From Candidatus Wirthbacteria bacterium (GTDB taxonomy: Bacteria > Patescibacteriota > CG2-30-54-11), in NCBI GenBank assembly GCA_903889905.1, contig CAISZI010000040.1:148-64147 (forward strand): a stretch of 64,000 bases of DNA, in the 5' to 3' direction. The notes under the pieces are model-generated. The model did no database searches. It was given only the letters and a program-made list of their open reading frames with translations, and was not told where the DNA came from. Shown in pieces: positions 9,550 through 18,798 of the stretch (position 1 is the stretch's first letter; each line of letters starts with the position of its first letter). A program made the position numbers and the translations under genes.

Positions 9550-9659
9550 ATGAAAAGACCGGGGGAATTGTTGTTAAGTGTTGTCAACCAGGCAAGCAGT
9601 GTTGTTGGTAGTAAGGATCCCTCGACAAAGCCTCGGGATGACAGCCATAAGGAGCCAAC

Positions 9660-11018
9660 ATGAAGTCTGAAAAAGCGGTTCTTGTTCTCAAAGACGGGAC
9701 ACGATTTGAAGGGCGGGCGATAGGGAAGCGCGGCATTTCGGTCGGTGAAGTGGTGTTCAATACCTCGATGACCGGGTATCAGGAAATTCTGACTGATCCG
9801 TCGTATGCGGGGCAGATCATCACGTTCACCTATCCGCTGATCGGCAATTACGATACCAACTACGAAGATTTGGAGTCGCGTGGGGTGTTTTGTCGCGGTG
9901 CCATTGTCAAAGAGCTGGAAGATGAGGGAAACAGCTGGCGCGGAAAGCATAATCTGGAAGATTTCCTGATGCGGAATAACGTGATTGGGATTGCGGGAAT
10001 TGATACACGCAAATTAACACGGCATATCCGGAATTTTGGCGTTTTGAACGGCGCGATCGTCTCGGGACAGGAGCTGACGGATATTGTGGTGGCGGATGTC
10101 AAAGCCCGGATCGACGCCTTTACGGATCGTGAAATGATCCGTGAGGTGAGCTGCAAAGCTGTGTATCACTATGATGCGCCAACCGAACCATGGGTAACTT
10201 TTGAGCATTGGACGCGGGACAAGGCAAGACGGGATGCGGGAGGAGATGGTGAGTTGAAGGGGTTTTTTATGCCAAAAGCGCGGGGGAAAGGTGATGACCC
10301 AGCGGTCATTGCGAAGGAGTCTGCGACTGCGGCAAGCTTGCAGCATGAAATGAGAGCGGAGAGAGGCAGCACGATTGCCACGTCATCCCATCGGAATGGT
10401 ATTCCTTGCAATGACAGCGTAGATAAGGCACAAAACCATAGAAAGATTTTTCATTTGGTGGCTATGGATTTTGGTATCAAGACGAACATACTTCGTATGC
10501 TCTATAACGAAGGCTTTGACATTACCGTGGTGCCACAGGACACGAGTTTTGAAACCATTGTGGCTCTTCAACCGGATGGCATTTTCCTCTCCAATGGCCC
10601 GGGCGACCCCAAATCCATTCCGGATGCCATCAAAGTGATTGGTGAACTGATTCATTACTTTCCGACCATGGGCATATGCCTGGGGCATCAACTCTTGGCA
10701 CTGGCCACGGGAGGAGACACTTATAAGTTGAAGTTTGGGCACCGTGGCGGCAACCATCCGGTCAAAGATTTGAAGACAGGGCGTGTTTACATTACTTCAC
10801 AAAACCATGGTTATGCTGTGAATCAGGATTCACTGGTAGGGACTGGACTAAGGGTTACTTTAGTTAATCTCAACGACCAGACTGTCGAAGGCATGGATCA
10901 CGAAAACTTGCCGGTGTTTTCGGTACAGTATCATCCCGAGGCAAGCCCGGGGCCGCAGGATAACCATTATTTGTTTGGGAAGTTCAGGAAGCTGATTGAA
11001 AAGCCGAGGATGGGGTAA
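9660..11018 (+). CDS. carA: Carbamoyl-phosphate synthase small (glutaminase) subunit. Carries an ~80-aa low-complexity insertion between the N-terminal domain and the GATase domain.
   Basis: CarA N-domain plus class I GATase (GICLGHQLL catalytic Cys, HPE). The insertion WTRDKARRDAGGDGELKGFFMPKARGKGDDPAVIAKESATAASLQHEMRAERGSTIATSSHRNGIPCNDSVDKAQNHR makes the protein 452 aa instead of ~380. Confidence 0.9.
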   Translation: MKSEKAVLVLKDGTRFEGRAIGKRGISVGEVVFNTSMTGYQEILTDPSYAGQIITFTYPLIGNYDTNYEDLESRGVFCRGAIVKELEDEGNSWRGKHNLEDFLMRNNVIGIAGIDTRKLTRHIRNFGVLNGAIVSGQELTDIVVADVKARIDAFTDREMIREVSCKAVYHYDAPTEPWVTFEHWTRDKARRDAGGDGELKGFFMPKARGKGDDPAVIAKESATAASLQHEMRAERGSTIATSSHRNGIPCNDSVDKAQNHRKIFHLVAMDFGIKTNILRMLYNEGFDITVVPQDTSFETIVALQPDGIFLSNGPGDPKSIPDAIKVIGELIHYFPTMGICLGHQLLALATGGDTYKLKFGHRGGNHPVKDLKTGRVYITSQNHGYAVNQDSLVGTGLRVTLVNLNDQTVEGMDHENLPVFSVQYHPEASPGPQDNHYLFGKFRKLIEKPRMG

Positions 11019-11102
11019 GAGTACCGCCCCCTGCCCCCTCCTAATTTAGGTGGGGGTGTGTTTGTCGGGGCGATTCATGAATCGCCCTCTTTAAAAAAGG
11101 AG

Positions 11103-14100
11103 ATGTGCGTGCCAAAACGAGAAGAAATCAAAAAAGTACTAGTGATCGGGTCGGGGCCGATTGTGATCGGGCAGGCGGCGGAGTTTGACTATGCGGGGGC
11201 GCAGGCGTGTTTGTCGCTGCGCGAGGAAGGCGTTGAGACAGTGCTGATCAATTCCAATCCCGCCACGATCATGACGGACTCGGACATTGCCGACCGGATA
11301 TATATCGAACCCATGACTGTGGAAGTAATCGACCAGATCCTGGAGCGCGAAAAACCACAGGGCGTGCTGCCAACGCTTGGCGGCCAGACTGGTTTGAACC
11401 TGGGTATGAAGTTGGCCAAAGAGGGAATTTTGGCCAAACACGGTTGCGAACTTCTGGGTACACCCATGGATACAATCTACAAGGCCGAAGACCGGCAGGC
11501 ATTCAAGAATTTGATGCAGGAAATTGGCGAACCGATTCCGGCTTCTGTGATTGCCACCAATTTGGATGAAGCCAATGTATTGAAAATGGAAATCGGGTTA
11601 CCACTGATTATTCGGCCGGCATATACCCTGGGTGGAACCGGTGGCGGGATTGCAACCAGCGATGCTGAATTTGCCGAAATCGTGCACCGGGGCTTGGAAT
11701 CCAGCCCGATCCACCAAATCCTGGTGGAACAGTACATTGGCGGGATGAAGGAAATTGAGTTTGAAGTTATGCGCGATAGTGGTGACAACTGCATTACGAT
11801 TTGTTCGATGGAAAACTTTGACCCGGTGGGTATTCACACGGGTGATTCTGTGGTTGTCGCGCCTTGCCAGACGCTCACGGATCGGGAATACCAGATGATG
11901 CGCTCCGCATCGATTAATATTATCCGCGCGCTCGGGGTAGAAGGTGGCTGCAATGTGCAGTTTGCACTGGATACGTTGAGCTTTCAGTACTATGTGATCG
12001 AGGTCAACCCGCGCGTCAGCCGTTCGTCGGCACTCGCATCCAAAGCGACTGGTTACCCGATTGCGCGCATTGCAGCCAAAATTGCGATTGGGATGCAGCT
12101 GGATGAAATTCCCAATGCCATTACCAAAAAAACCGTGGCGGCTTTTGAACCAGCCATCGATTATTGCGTGCTCAAAATCCCGCGTTTTCCCTTTGATAAA
12201 TTCCCCGAAGGCGACCGTAGCCTGGGCAGCCAGATGAAAGCTACGGGTGAAGTCATGTCCATTGACCGCACTTTTGAGGGCGCCGTTAAGAAAGCATTGC
12301 GTTCGATGGATACCAAGCCCAACCTCGACGAGTGGCTCAAACACGACAAATATTGGGCCAAAGCCACGGATGTGCGGTTGTCTCTGATTATCGCAGCGTT
12401 GCGCCGCGGCATTACGGTAGAAACGATCAATGCGGACACGCAGATTGACTTGTGGTTTCTGCGCAAGTTGCGCAATTTGGTCACCATGGAGGAGCAACTG
12501 GCAAAACTGGCGGCATTGAAAGATGAAGAAAAGAATTTACAGCTTGAAGCATTATTAAAGCGAGCCAAGCAGTTTGGTTTTGCCGATCATGAGATTGTTG
12601 CTTTGACTGACGTGACAGACACTCAACTGAAGCAGTTGCTGGGAACAATGCATTGTGCCCCTACGTTTAAGATGGTGGATACCTGTGCCGGTGAATTTGA
12701 GGCCGTCACACCGTATTTTTATTCCACCTGGGAAGACGAGAACGAAGCTGTGCCGTCAGGCAAACAGGACAAGGCCATTGTCATCGGTTCTGGCCCGATC
12801 CGCATCGGGCAGGGGATTGAGTTTGATTACTGTTCGGTGCATGCGTCGCTTGCCTTGCGTGAGATGGGGATTGAGTCAATCATGATCAACAACAATCCCG
12901 AAACCGTGAGTACCGACTTTGATGTGTCTGATCGCCTCTACTTCGAGCCGCTCGAGCTAGAAGACGTGGTGAATGTTTACAACAACGAATCAGTTGGACT
13001 CGATGATGGCAAGAAGCCCAAATTCATTGTCCAGTTTGGTGGACAGACATCGCTCACCGTCGCCTCACAACTGGCCAAGGCCGGCGTGATTCCGCATGCC
13101 GGGCAAGTGGATAGTATTGAGCTGGCTTCCAACCGAGGTCGTTTTGAAAAACTACTGATGGCACTCAACATTCCCTTTCCCCGTGGCCATGCCGCCAAAA
13201 CTGCGGCCGAAGCACTCATTGTAGCCGAAGAAATTGGCTTCCCGGTTCTGGTGCGGCCTTCCTTTGTCCTGGGCGGTCGCGCCATGGAAATCGTCTATTC
13301 TCTGGACCACATGCGCGAACTGATTGATTATGTCTTTTCCGTCGTTCCCGACGCGCCGGTGCTGGTGGACAAATACATAGACGGCAAAGAAGCCGAAGTC
13401 GACCTGTTGTTTGACGGCAGCGACGTGCTGATTCCCGGCATCATGGAACACATTGAGCGCGCTGGTATCCATTCGGGCGACAGTATGGCGGTGTATCCGA
13501 CCCAGGGTCTGACATTGGAACAGATCGACAAAATGGTGGACTACTCCATGCGGCTCGCCAAGGCGGTTGGCAACATTGGGCTGACCAACATCCAGTTTGT
13601 CTTGCAGGGAGGTGACGTTTTCGTCATTGAAGCTAACCCGCGTGGCAGCCGGACGGTGCCGTTTCTGAGTAAAGTGACGGGCATTCCCATGGTCAAACTT
13701 GCGACACAGCTTTTGTACGGCGCAAAACTTAAGGATTTGGGTTACTTTCCGGGACTTTACCCCTCGAGCGGCGTGGTGGCGGTCAAAGCGCCGGTTTTTT
13801 CCTTTGCCAAACTCACGAACGTGCGCACCAAACTGGGGCCCGAAATGAAATCCACGGGTGAAGTCATGGGCATCGACCGCACCTACCCCAACGCCTTGCG
13901 CAAGGCATTCATCGCCTCAGGTATCCAGATTCCGCTTGAGGGCAAGGTTTTTGTCACTGTGGCGAATCGTGATAAGGAAGAAGCTTTGAGTATTGTGCGC
14001 GGCTTTGCAGAATTGGGTTATGCAATTGTGGCAACCGAAGGTACGGCACATTTCCTTTCTGAACATGAAATTAAAGCCGCCGTTGTGGGGAAAATTTCCG

Positions 14101-14345
14101 ACGATCCCAAGAATTCCATTTTGAAACAGATCAAAAACAAGCACATTCAACTGGTCATCAACACTCCGGAAGCCAGTAAGGACGCCGAAAGCGACGGCCC
14201 GCAAATCCGCACGGCGGCGATCCAATATGGTGTGCCTTGCCTGACATCGCTCGACACTGCACGCGCCTTGCTTTTTAGCTTGCGTGCCCGACGGCAGGGA
14301 AAGGATTTGAAAGTGCGAACCATGGCAGAATATTTGGAGAGTTAG
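11103..14345 (+). CDS. carB: Carbamoyl-phosphate synthase large subunit. Two ATP-grasp halves, an oligomerisation domain and a C-terminal MGS-like allosteric domain.
   Basis: Duplicated ATP-grasp motifs and the MGS-like tail (GKVFVTVANRDKEEA...). Start chosen at ATG 11103 behind an AAGGAG RBS; the ORF track's upstream M is probably not used. Confidence 0.9.
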   Translation: MCVPKREEIKKVLVIGSGPIVIGQAAEFDYAGAQACLSLREEGVETVLINSNPATIMTDSDIADRIYIEPMTVEVIDQILEREKPQGVLPTLGGQTGLNLGMKLAKEGILAKHGCELLGTPMDTIYKAEDRQAFKNLMQEIGEPIPASVIATNLDEANVLKMEIGLPLIIRPAYTLGGTGGGIATSDAEFAEIVHRGLESSPIHQILVEQYIGGMKEIEFEVMRDSGDNCITICSMENFDPVGIHTGDSVVVAPCQTLTDREYQMMRSASINIIRALGVEGGCNVQFALDTLSFQYYVIEVNPRVSRSSALASKATGYPIARIAAKIAIGMQLDEIPNAITKKTVAAFEPAIDYCVLKIPRFPFDKFPEGDRSLGSQMKATGEVMSIDRTFEGAVKKALRSMDTKPNLDEWLKHDKYWAKATDVRLSLIIAALRRGITVETINADTQIDLWFLRKLRNLVTMEEQLAKLAALKDEEKNLQLEALLKRAKQFGFADHEIVALTDVTDTQLKQLLGTMHCAPTFKMVDTCAGEFEAVTPYFYSTWEDENEAVPSGKQDKAIVIGSGPIRIGQGIEFDYCSVHASLALREMGIESIMINNNPETVSTDFDVSDRLYFEPLELEDVVNVYNNESVGLDDGKKPKFIVQFGGQTSLTVASQLAKAGVIPHAGQVDSIELASNRGRFEKLLMALNIPFPRGHAAKTAAEALIVAEEIGFPVLVRPSFVLGGRAMEIVYSLDHMRELIDYVFSVVPDAPVLVDKYIDGKEAEVDLLFDGSDVLIPGIMEHIERAGIHSGDSMAVYPTQGLTLEQIDKMVDYSMRLAKAVGNIGLTNIQFVLQGGDVFVIEANPRGSRTVPFLSKVTGIPMVKLATQLLYGAKLKDLGYFPGLYPSSGVVAVKAPVFSFAKLTNVRTKLGPEMKSTGEVMGIDRTYPNALRKAFIASGIQIPLEGKVFVTVANRDKEEALSIVRGFAELGYAIVATEGTAHFLSEHEIKAAVVGKISDDPKNSILKQIKNKHIQLVINTPEASKDAESDGPQIRTAAIQYGVPCLTSLDTARALLFSLRARRQGKDLKVRTMAEYLES

Positions 14346-14396
14346 TTTACCCAGGTGCGCAGATAGAAAGACTTAAACTGGGTAGGTTTATTAAGT

Positions 14397-14529
14397 GGTG
14401 ATTGCGGCCTGGGGGCAAGCCAAACAATCCTCATCAATGCTTGTTTTGTGTTGTGATCGTCACTGCTTGGGTAGCTTCTCGTTTCTAAAGATCCCGCGTG
14501 ATTGCGGTTGCTCGGCTTGCCCCCAGGCC
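14397..14529. repeat. Long stem-loop/MITE-like element 3' of carB. Perfect 16-nt inverted arms GGCCTGGGGGCAAGCC / GGCTTGCCCCCAGGCC about 92 nt apart, each preceded by GTGATTGCGG, followed by a T-rich tract.
   Basis: Read directly. May act as the carB terminator or be a small structured RNA. Confidence 0.4.
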
Positions 14530-14568
14530 CTTGTTTTAGTTTTGTTTAGAACTAGTAGACAATGAAAA

Positions 14569-14597
14569 TTGAGTTTTTGCCCTGTGCCGTTTACAAT
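14569..14597 (+). promoter_or_regulatory. Putative promoter of the ser operon (TTGAGT, 17 nt, TACAAT)
   Basis: Hexamers read directly about 35 nt upstream of the serBA ATG. Confidence 0.4.
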
Positions 14598-14629
14598 GGC
14601 GGCAATTAAGCCTAAACACGGGGGAAACC

Positions 14630-16516
14630 ATGGCGAAGTTTCTGGTCATCGATTTTGACAGCACATTTGTGAGATCGGAAGCCCTGGAGGAATTGGCGGC
14701 AGTTTGCCTCAAGTCGAGTACAAAGCGGGAGGCAATCCTGGCCCGCATCAAACAGATCACCAAAGACGGCATGGAAGGCAAACTGGGGTTTAAAGCCAGC
14801 CTCGAACAACGCCTCAAACTGCTTGCCGCGAGTCGTAATGACTTACCACTCGTGATCGCGCGTCTCAAACGCAAAATATCGCCTTCGATTTTGCGCAACA
14901 AATCTTTTTTTCATGACTTCAAGGACCAGATTTATATTGTTTCGGGTGCGTTTAAGGAAATTGTCGATCCGATTGTGGCGCAATTTGGCATTGACCCCAG
15001 CCACGTGCTTGCCAACGAATTTATCTACGACAGCAAAGGCAAGATCACCGGTTTTGATCACAATAATTTGCTGGTGCAACCCGAAGGCAAAGTCAAAGCG
15101 ATTTTGAGCTTGAAGCTGCACGGCGAGATTGACGTGATTGGCGACGGCTACACCGATTTACAAGTGCGCGAACTAGGCGCCGCAAACCGCTTCATTGCCT
15201 TTACCGAAAACGTGAAACGTCAGATTGTGATGGACAAAGCCGACCATATAGCGCCAAATTTTGACGAAGTGCTTTTCCTGAACAATTTTCCGCGTGCTAT
15301 TTCCTTTCCCAAAAATCGCATTCAGGTGGTGCTGCTGGAAAACATCCATCCACGCGCTGTGGCGATGTTCGAACAGGAAGGATTTAAAGTCGAAGTCCAT
15401 GACAAAAGCCTGCCCGACGACAAGCTGACTGCTGTCATTGCCAAAGCGCACGTGCTAGGTATTCGTTCCCGTACCCAACTCACGCCTGAGCTGTTGAAGC
15501 AGGGGAAACACCTGCTGGCAGTTGGCGCTTTTTGCATCGGGGTGGAACAGATCGCGCTCGACAAAGCCGCCAGCCAGGGCGTGGTCGTGTTTAATGCGCC
15601 TTACAGCAACACCCGTTCGGTCGTCGAACTCGCATTGGGCGAGATGATCATGTTGCTCCGGCAAATTACAGATAAAAATGCCAAGCTGCATCAGGGTATC
15701 TGGGACAAACAGGCAGTCGGCTCCAATGAAATCCGCGGCAAAAAGCTGGGCATCATTGGTTACGGCAATATTGGGACACAACTCTCGGTGCTGGCCGAAA
15801 ACCTGGGCATGGAGGTTTACTATTACGACCTGGTTGAGAAACTTTCCCTTGGCAATGCCAAACGGTGCCGATCTATGTCAGAACTTTTAAAAAAAGCCGA
15901 TGTCGTCACTGTGCATGTGGATGGCCGCAAGGAGAACAAGAACCTGATTGGTGCCAGGGAATTTGGCCAGATGAAGGACGGGGTGGTATTTTTGAACCTG
16001 AGCCGTGGACAGATTGTTGACCTCGGGGCGCTGACCAAAGCCATCCAGTCGGGCAAAGTGCGAGGTGCCGGCCTGGATGTGTTTCCCACCGAACCGCGTG
16101 GCCAAGACGAACCGTTTCTTTGCACACTCCAAAATTTGCCCAACGTCATCCTGACGCCACATATTGGTGGCAGCACCGAGGAAGCGCAGTTCAATATCGG
16201 TGAATTTGTGGCGACCAAATTGATCGATTATATCAACACCGGCAGCTCATTCATGAGTGTGAATTTTCCCAATATCCAGCTGCCACCCATCCAAAAATCC
16301 CACCGGCTGCTGCATATTCACCGCAATGTGCCGGGCATGCTGGCCCAGATCAATGGCATTTTTGCCCAGCATGGTATCAACATCGAAGGCCAGTACCTCA
16401 AGACCAAGGAAAACATCGGTTATTGTATCACCGACATCAACCGCAAATACTCGCCCAAATTGATCGACGAACTCAAGCAGATTCCAGACACGATTTCATT
16501 TCGTATTTTATACTAA
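14630..16516 (+). CDS. serBA: Fusion protein: phosphoserine phosphatase (HAD, DFDST motif), then D-3-phosphoglycerate dehydrogenase (NAD-binding GIIGYGNIG) with a C-terminal ACT domain
   Basis: 628-aa single ORF. N-terminal ~215 aa carry HAD motifs I-III. The remainder is a type-I PGDH with an ACT tail. Confidence 0.85.
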   Translation: MAKFLVIDFDSTFVRSEALEELAAVCLKSSTKREAILARIKQITKDGMEGKLGFKASLEQRLKLLAASRNDLPLVIARLKRKISPSILRNKSFFHDFKDQIYIVSGAFKEIVDPIVAQFGIDPSHVLANEFIYDSKGKITGFDHNNLLVQPEGKVKAILSLKLHGEIDVIGDGYTDLQVRELGAANRFIAFTENVKRQIVMDKADHIAPNFDEVLFLNNFPRAISFPKNRIQVVLLENIHPRAVAMFEQEGFKVEVHDKSLPDDKLTAVIAKAHVLGIRSRTQLTPELLKQGKHLLAVGAFCIGVEQIALDKAASQGVVVFNAPYSNTRSVVELALGEMIMLLRQITDKNAKLHQGIWDKQAVGSNEIRGKKLGIIGYGNIGTQLSVLAENLGMEVYYYDLVEKLSLGNAKRCRSMSELLKKADVVTVHVDGRKENKNLIGAREFGQMKDGVVFLNLSRGQIVDLGALTKAIQSGKVRGAGLDVFPTEPRGQDEPFLCTLQNLPNVILTPHIGGSTEEAQFNIGEFVATKLIDYINTGSSFMSVNFPNIQLPPIQKSHRLLHIHRNVPGMLAQINGIFAQHGINIEGQYLKTKENIGYCITDINRKYSPKLIDELKQIPDTISFRILY

Positions 16517-16522
16517 CGACCC

Positions 16523-17593
16523 ATGGCCAATAAGACTTTTCTGACTGTCGGTCCCAGCGCACTTTACCCCACCGTGCCGCAGCACCTGCAAACGGCTTTG
16601 GCCGCAGATGTGATGTCTCTTTCGCATCGCAGCAAAGCTTTTGTGGACATTTATCAGGGCGCTGTATCCGCCTTACGCGAGCTGCTCTCGATTCCTGCAA
16701 ACTACTACGTTTTTTTTGTTTCGTCATCACTGGAGAGCATGGAACGGTGTTTGCAGAATACCGTCGAACGCAGTAGTTTCCACTTAGTGAACGGAGAATT
16801 TTCGCGCAAATTTTTTGAATTTGCCAAGCAACTTGGGAAGCAGCCACAGCAGTTGGAAGTGGCGCCCGGTCATGGTTTTTCGTTTGACGAGATTGTCGTC
16901 CCCGCGGAAGCCGAACTAATTTGTATCACTGAAAATGAAACCAGTACGGGCGTTGCCTTACCGCTTGAGTTGATCAGCGCAGTACACGCCAAATATCCAG
17001 ACAAGTTGATCGCAGTGGATATTGTTTCCTCCGCGCCTTATCCGGCATTGGACTTCGCTACGATCGATATGGCCTTTTGGTCCGGCCAAAAAGGTTTTGG
17101 CATTCCCGCCGGCATGGGCGTGCTTGTGGTAAGCCCTCGCGCCATTGCCAAGACGGAAAAGCTCAAAGCGACTGGCGTTACGATTGGGAGTTTTCATAAT
17201 TTCATCGACCTTGCCACGTTTGCTGCCAAAGGACAGACACCCGAGACACCCAACGTGCTGGCGATAGACTTGATGGGGAAAGTGACAAAGGACATGCTGG
17301 AGCTGGGGATAGGAACAATTCGAATTCAAACTCGAGCCAAGGCCAAATTGATTTATGAATACTTAAAGCGTCATTCCAATTGTCAACCCTTCGTGACCGA
17401 CGCAGCCTTGCAGTCTCAAACGACAATCGTTGTCAATGTGGGATCGAATTCAGCCAGTTTGATCAAACGGTTGGAGGTGGCTGGTTTTGTAGTTTCGAGT
17501 GGCTACGGGCCGTTCAAAGACCAACATCTTCGCATTGCCAATTTTCCAGCAGTGAGTGTGGAGGAGATGGAGAGGTTGGTGGGGGTTTTGTGA
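16523..17593 (+). CDS. serC: Phosphoserine aminotransferase (class V aminotransferase)
   Basis: 356 aa with an SGQKGF lysine-region-like motif. Sits 7 nt after serBA. Confidence 0.8.
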   Translation: MANKTFLTVGPSALYPTVPQHLQTALAADVMSLSHRSKAFVDIYQGAVSALRELLSIPANYYVFFVSSSLESMERCLQNTVERSSFHLVNGEFSRKFFEFAKQLGKQPQQLEVAPGHGFSFDEIVVPAEAELICITENETSTGVALPLELISAVHAKYPDKLIAVDIVSSAPYPALDFATIDMAFWSGQKGFGIPAGMGVLVVSPRAIAKTEKLKATGVTIGSFHNFIDLATFAAKGQTPETPNVLAIDLMGKVTKDMLELGIGTIRIQTRAKAKLIYEYLKRHSNCQPFVTDAALQSQTTIVVNVGSNSASLIKRLEVAGFVVSSGYGPFKDQHLRIANFPAVSVEEMERLVGVL

Positions 17594-17755
17594 TGCCGGG
17601 CCGTCATTCTGAGCCTTTCCGAAGTGCGAAGAATCCTTACTGTGAATTGAGGTTGAAATGGTGGAGATCGCTTATGGCCTCTTACTCTGTAGTAAGCATG
17701 CTTCGTTTCTCTCAGCATGACAACGATGATTTAAAGTCAAATAAGGTAATGAAAA

Positions 17756-18721
17756 ATGCTCTTGCCGATGCATAACTCCTCGACCTCTTTCTTCACTCGC
17801 CATCTTCCTCCCAGCATCTCCATCGGCGCAGTTGGCTCGATCAAACCCCTTTTCAATCCCAATGGTTTGGTTACCGTTGACGGCCTCAGCGACCACTACG
17901 ATCAAAATCGTTTTCCCGTGGACTTCGACTTTGTGGTGCCATTTAACGAAAAGCACTTGGGGTGGATGCGGCAGTTTGGAATTCCAGAGGAGTACCGTAT
18001 CCGCGAAAGCTCGGACAAAGTCCAAATTCTGGAATTTGACGCTGATTATCGTCAGCAAATCAATGAAACGATGACCGAACTGAGTGAAATTTCCAATTGC
18101 CACCCCTGGCAGGATGACATTTCCCGATTTCGCTATCAGCAGCGCTGGATGACGATCGCCAAACTACAGGCGGACTCATTTTTGTCGCAAGTGGACATGT
18201 CCAAAGTGCGTTTACTGGCGCCGTTGCGTGCCGGGGCACTGGCGACCGTGCCGTACCAACTCCCGCCAAACCAGATCGGAGCAGCGGTTTACAAACGGCT
18301 TCCCAAAGCGAACGGTGAAACGTGGGTTGGCCTCAAAGACGTCCACCTGCCAGCGCTCGATGCGAACTCGATCGTCGTGGTTACTGAAGGCTGTACTGGT
18401 TCTGGTGCAACGGTGGTGGCGACCATGTTGTACTTTTTGGCCATGGCGATTCCTTGCCGGCATTTGGAACTCCACACCATCAACAGCCCGCAGCACAGCA
18501 TGCTGTTCATGCTCTCCGCCGCAGCGGAGCTGGGTTTTGAGCTGACGATACGGTCGGCCACGATTTCGTATTTTGAAGATGCCAAACTCTATAACCACTG
18601 GGGCAAACCGGAGTGGCTGGATTTTGCTTATGTGCTGTCGGATGTCGGTGATTTTAGCGTGCCATTGCCGCCTGCGTTCAACGCTAGAGCCTGGTGGAAC
18701 ATCGGGCGACAAGGGATATAG
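17756..18721 (+). CDS. Divergent uracil-phosphoribosyltransferase-fold protein with an ~120-aa N-terminal extension and a degenerate PRPP loop (VVVTEGCTGSGATVVAT instead of VDPMLATGGS)
   Basis: Segment-by-segment similarity to Upp (LLAPLRAGALATV ~ VVPILRAGLGM, and the C-terminal region). Call by eye only. Confidence 0.4.
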   Translation: MLLPMHNSSTSFFTRHLPPSISIGAVGSIKPLFNPNGLVTVDGLSDHYDQNRFPVDFDFVVPFNEKHLGWMRQFGIPEEYRIRESSDKVQILEFDADYRQQINETMTELSEISNCHPWQDDISRFRYQQRWMTIAKLQADSFLSQVDMSKVRLLAPLRAGALATVPYQLPPNQIGAAVYKRLPKANGETWVGLKDVHLPALDANSIVVVTEGCTGSGATVVATMLYFLAMAIPCRHLELHTINSPQHSMLFMLSAAAELGFELTIRSATISYFEDAKLYNHWGKPEWLDFAYVLSDVGDFSVPLPPAFNARAWWNIGRQGI

Positions 18722-18798
18722 GCCATGGGCTCGACTTGTTGTATAATTAAACGATGAGATAATGCTTGTCTCATCTTAATTTTTAGCAACAGGTTGGC

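Noticed and set aside
9411-9611. 66-aa ORF in the carA leader as an independent gene
   Set aside because: It begins upstream of the promoter -10 element. Only the inner ATG at 9501 is considered, as a possible leader peptide.
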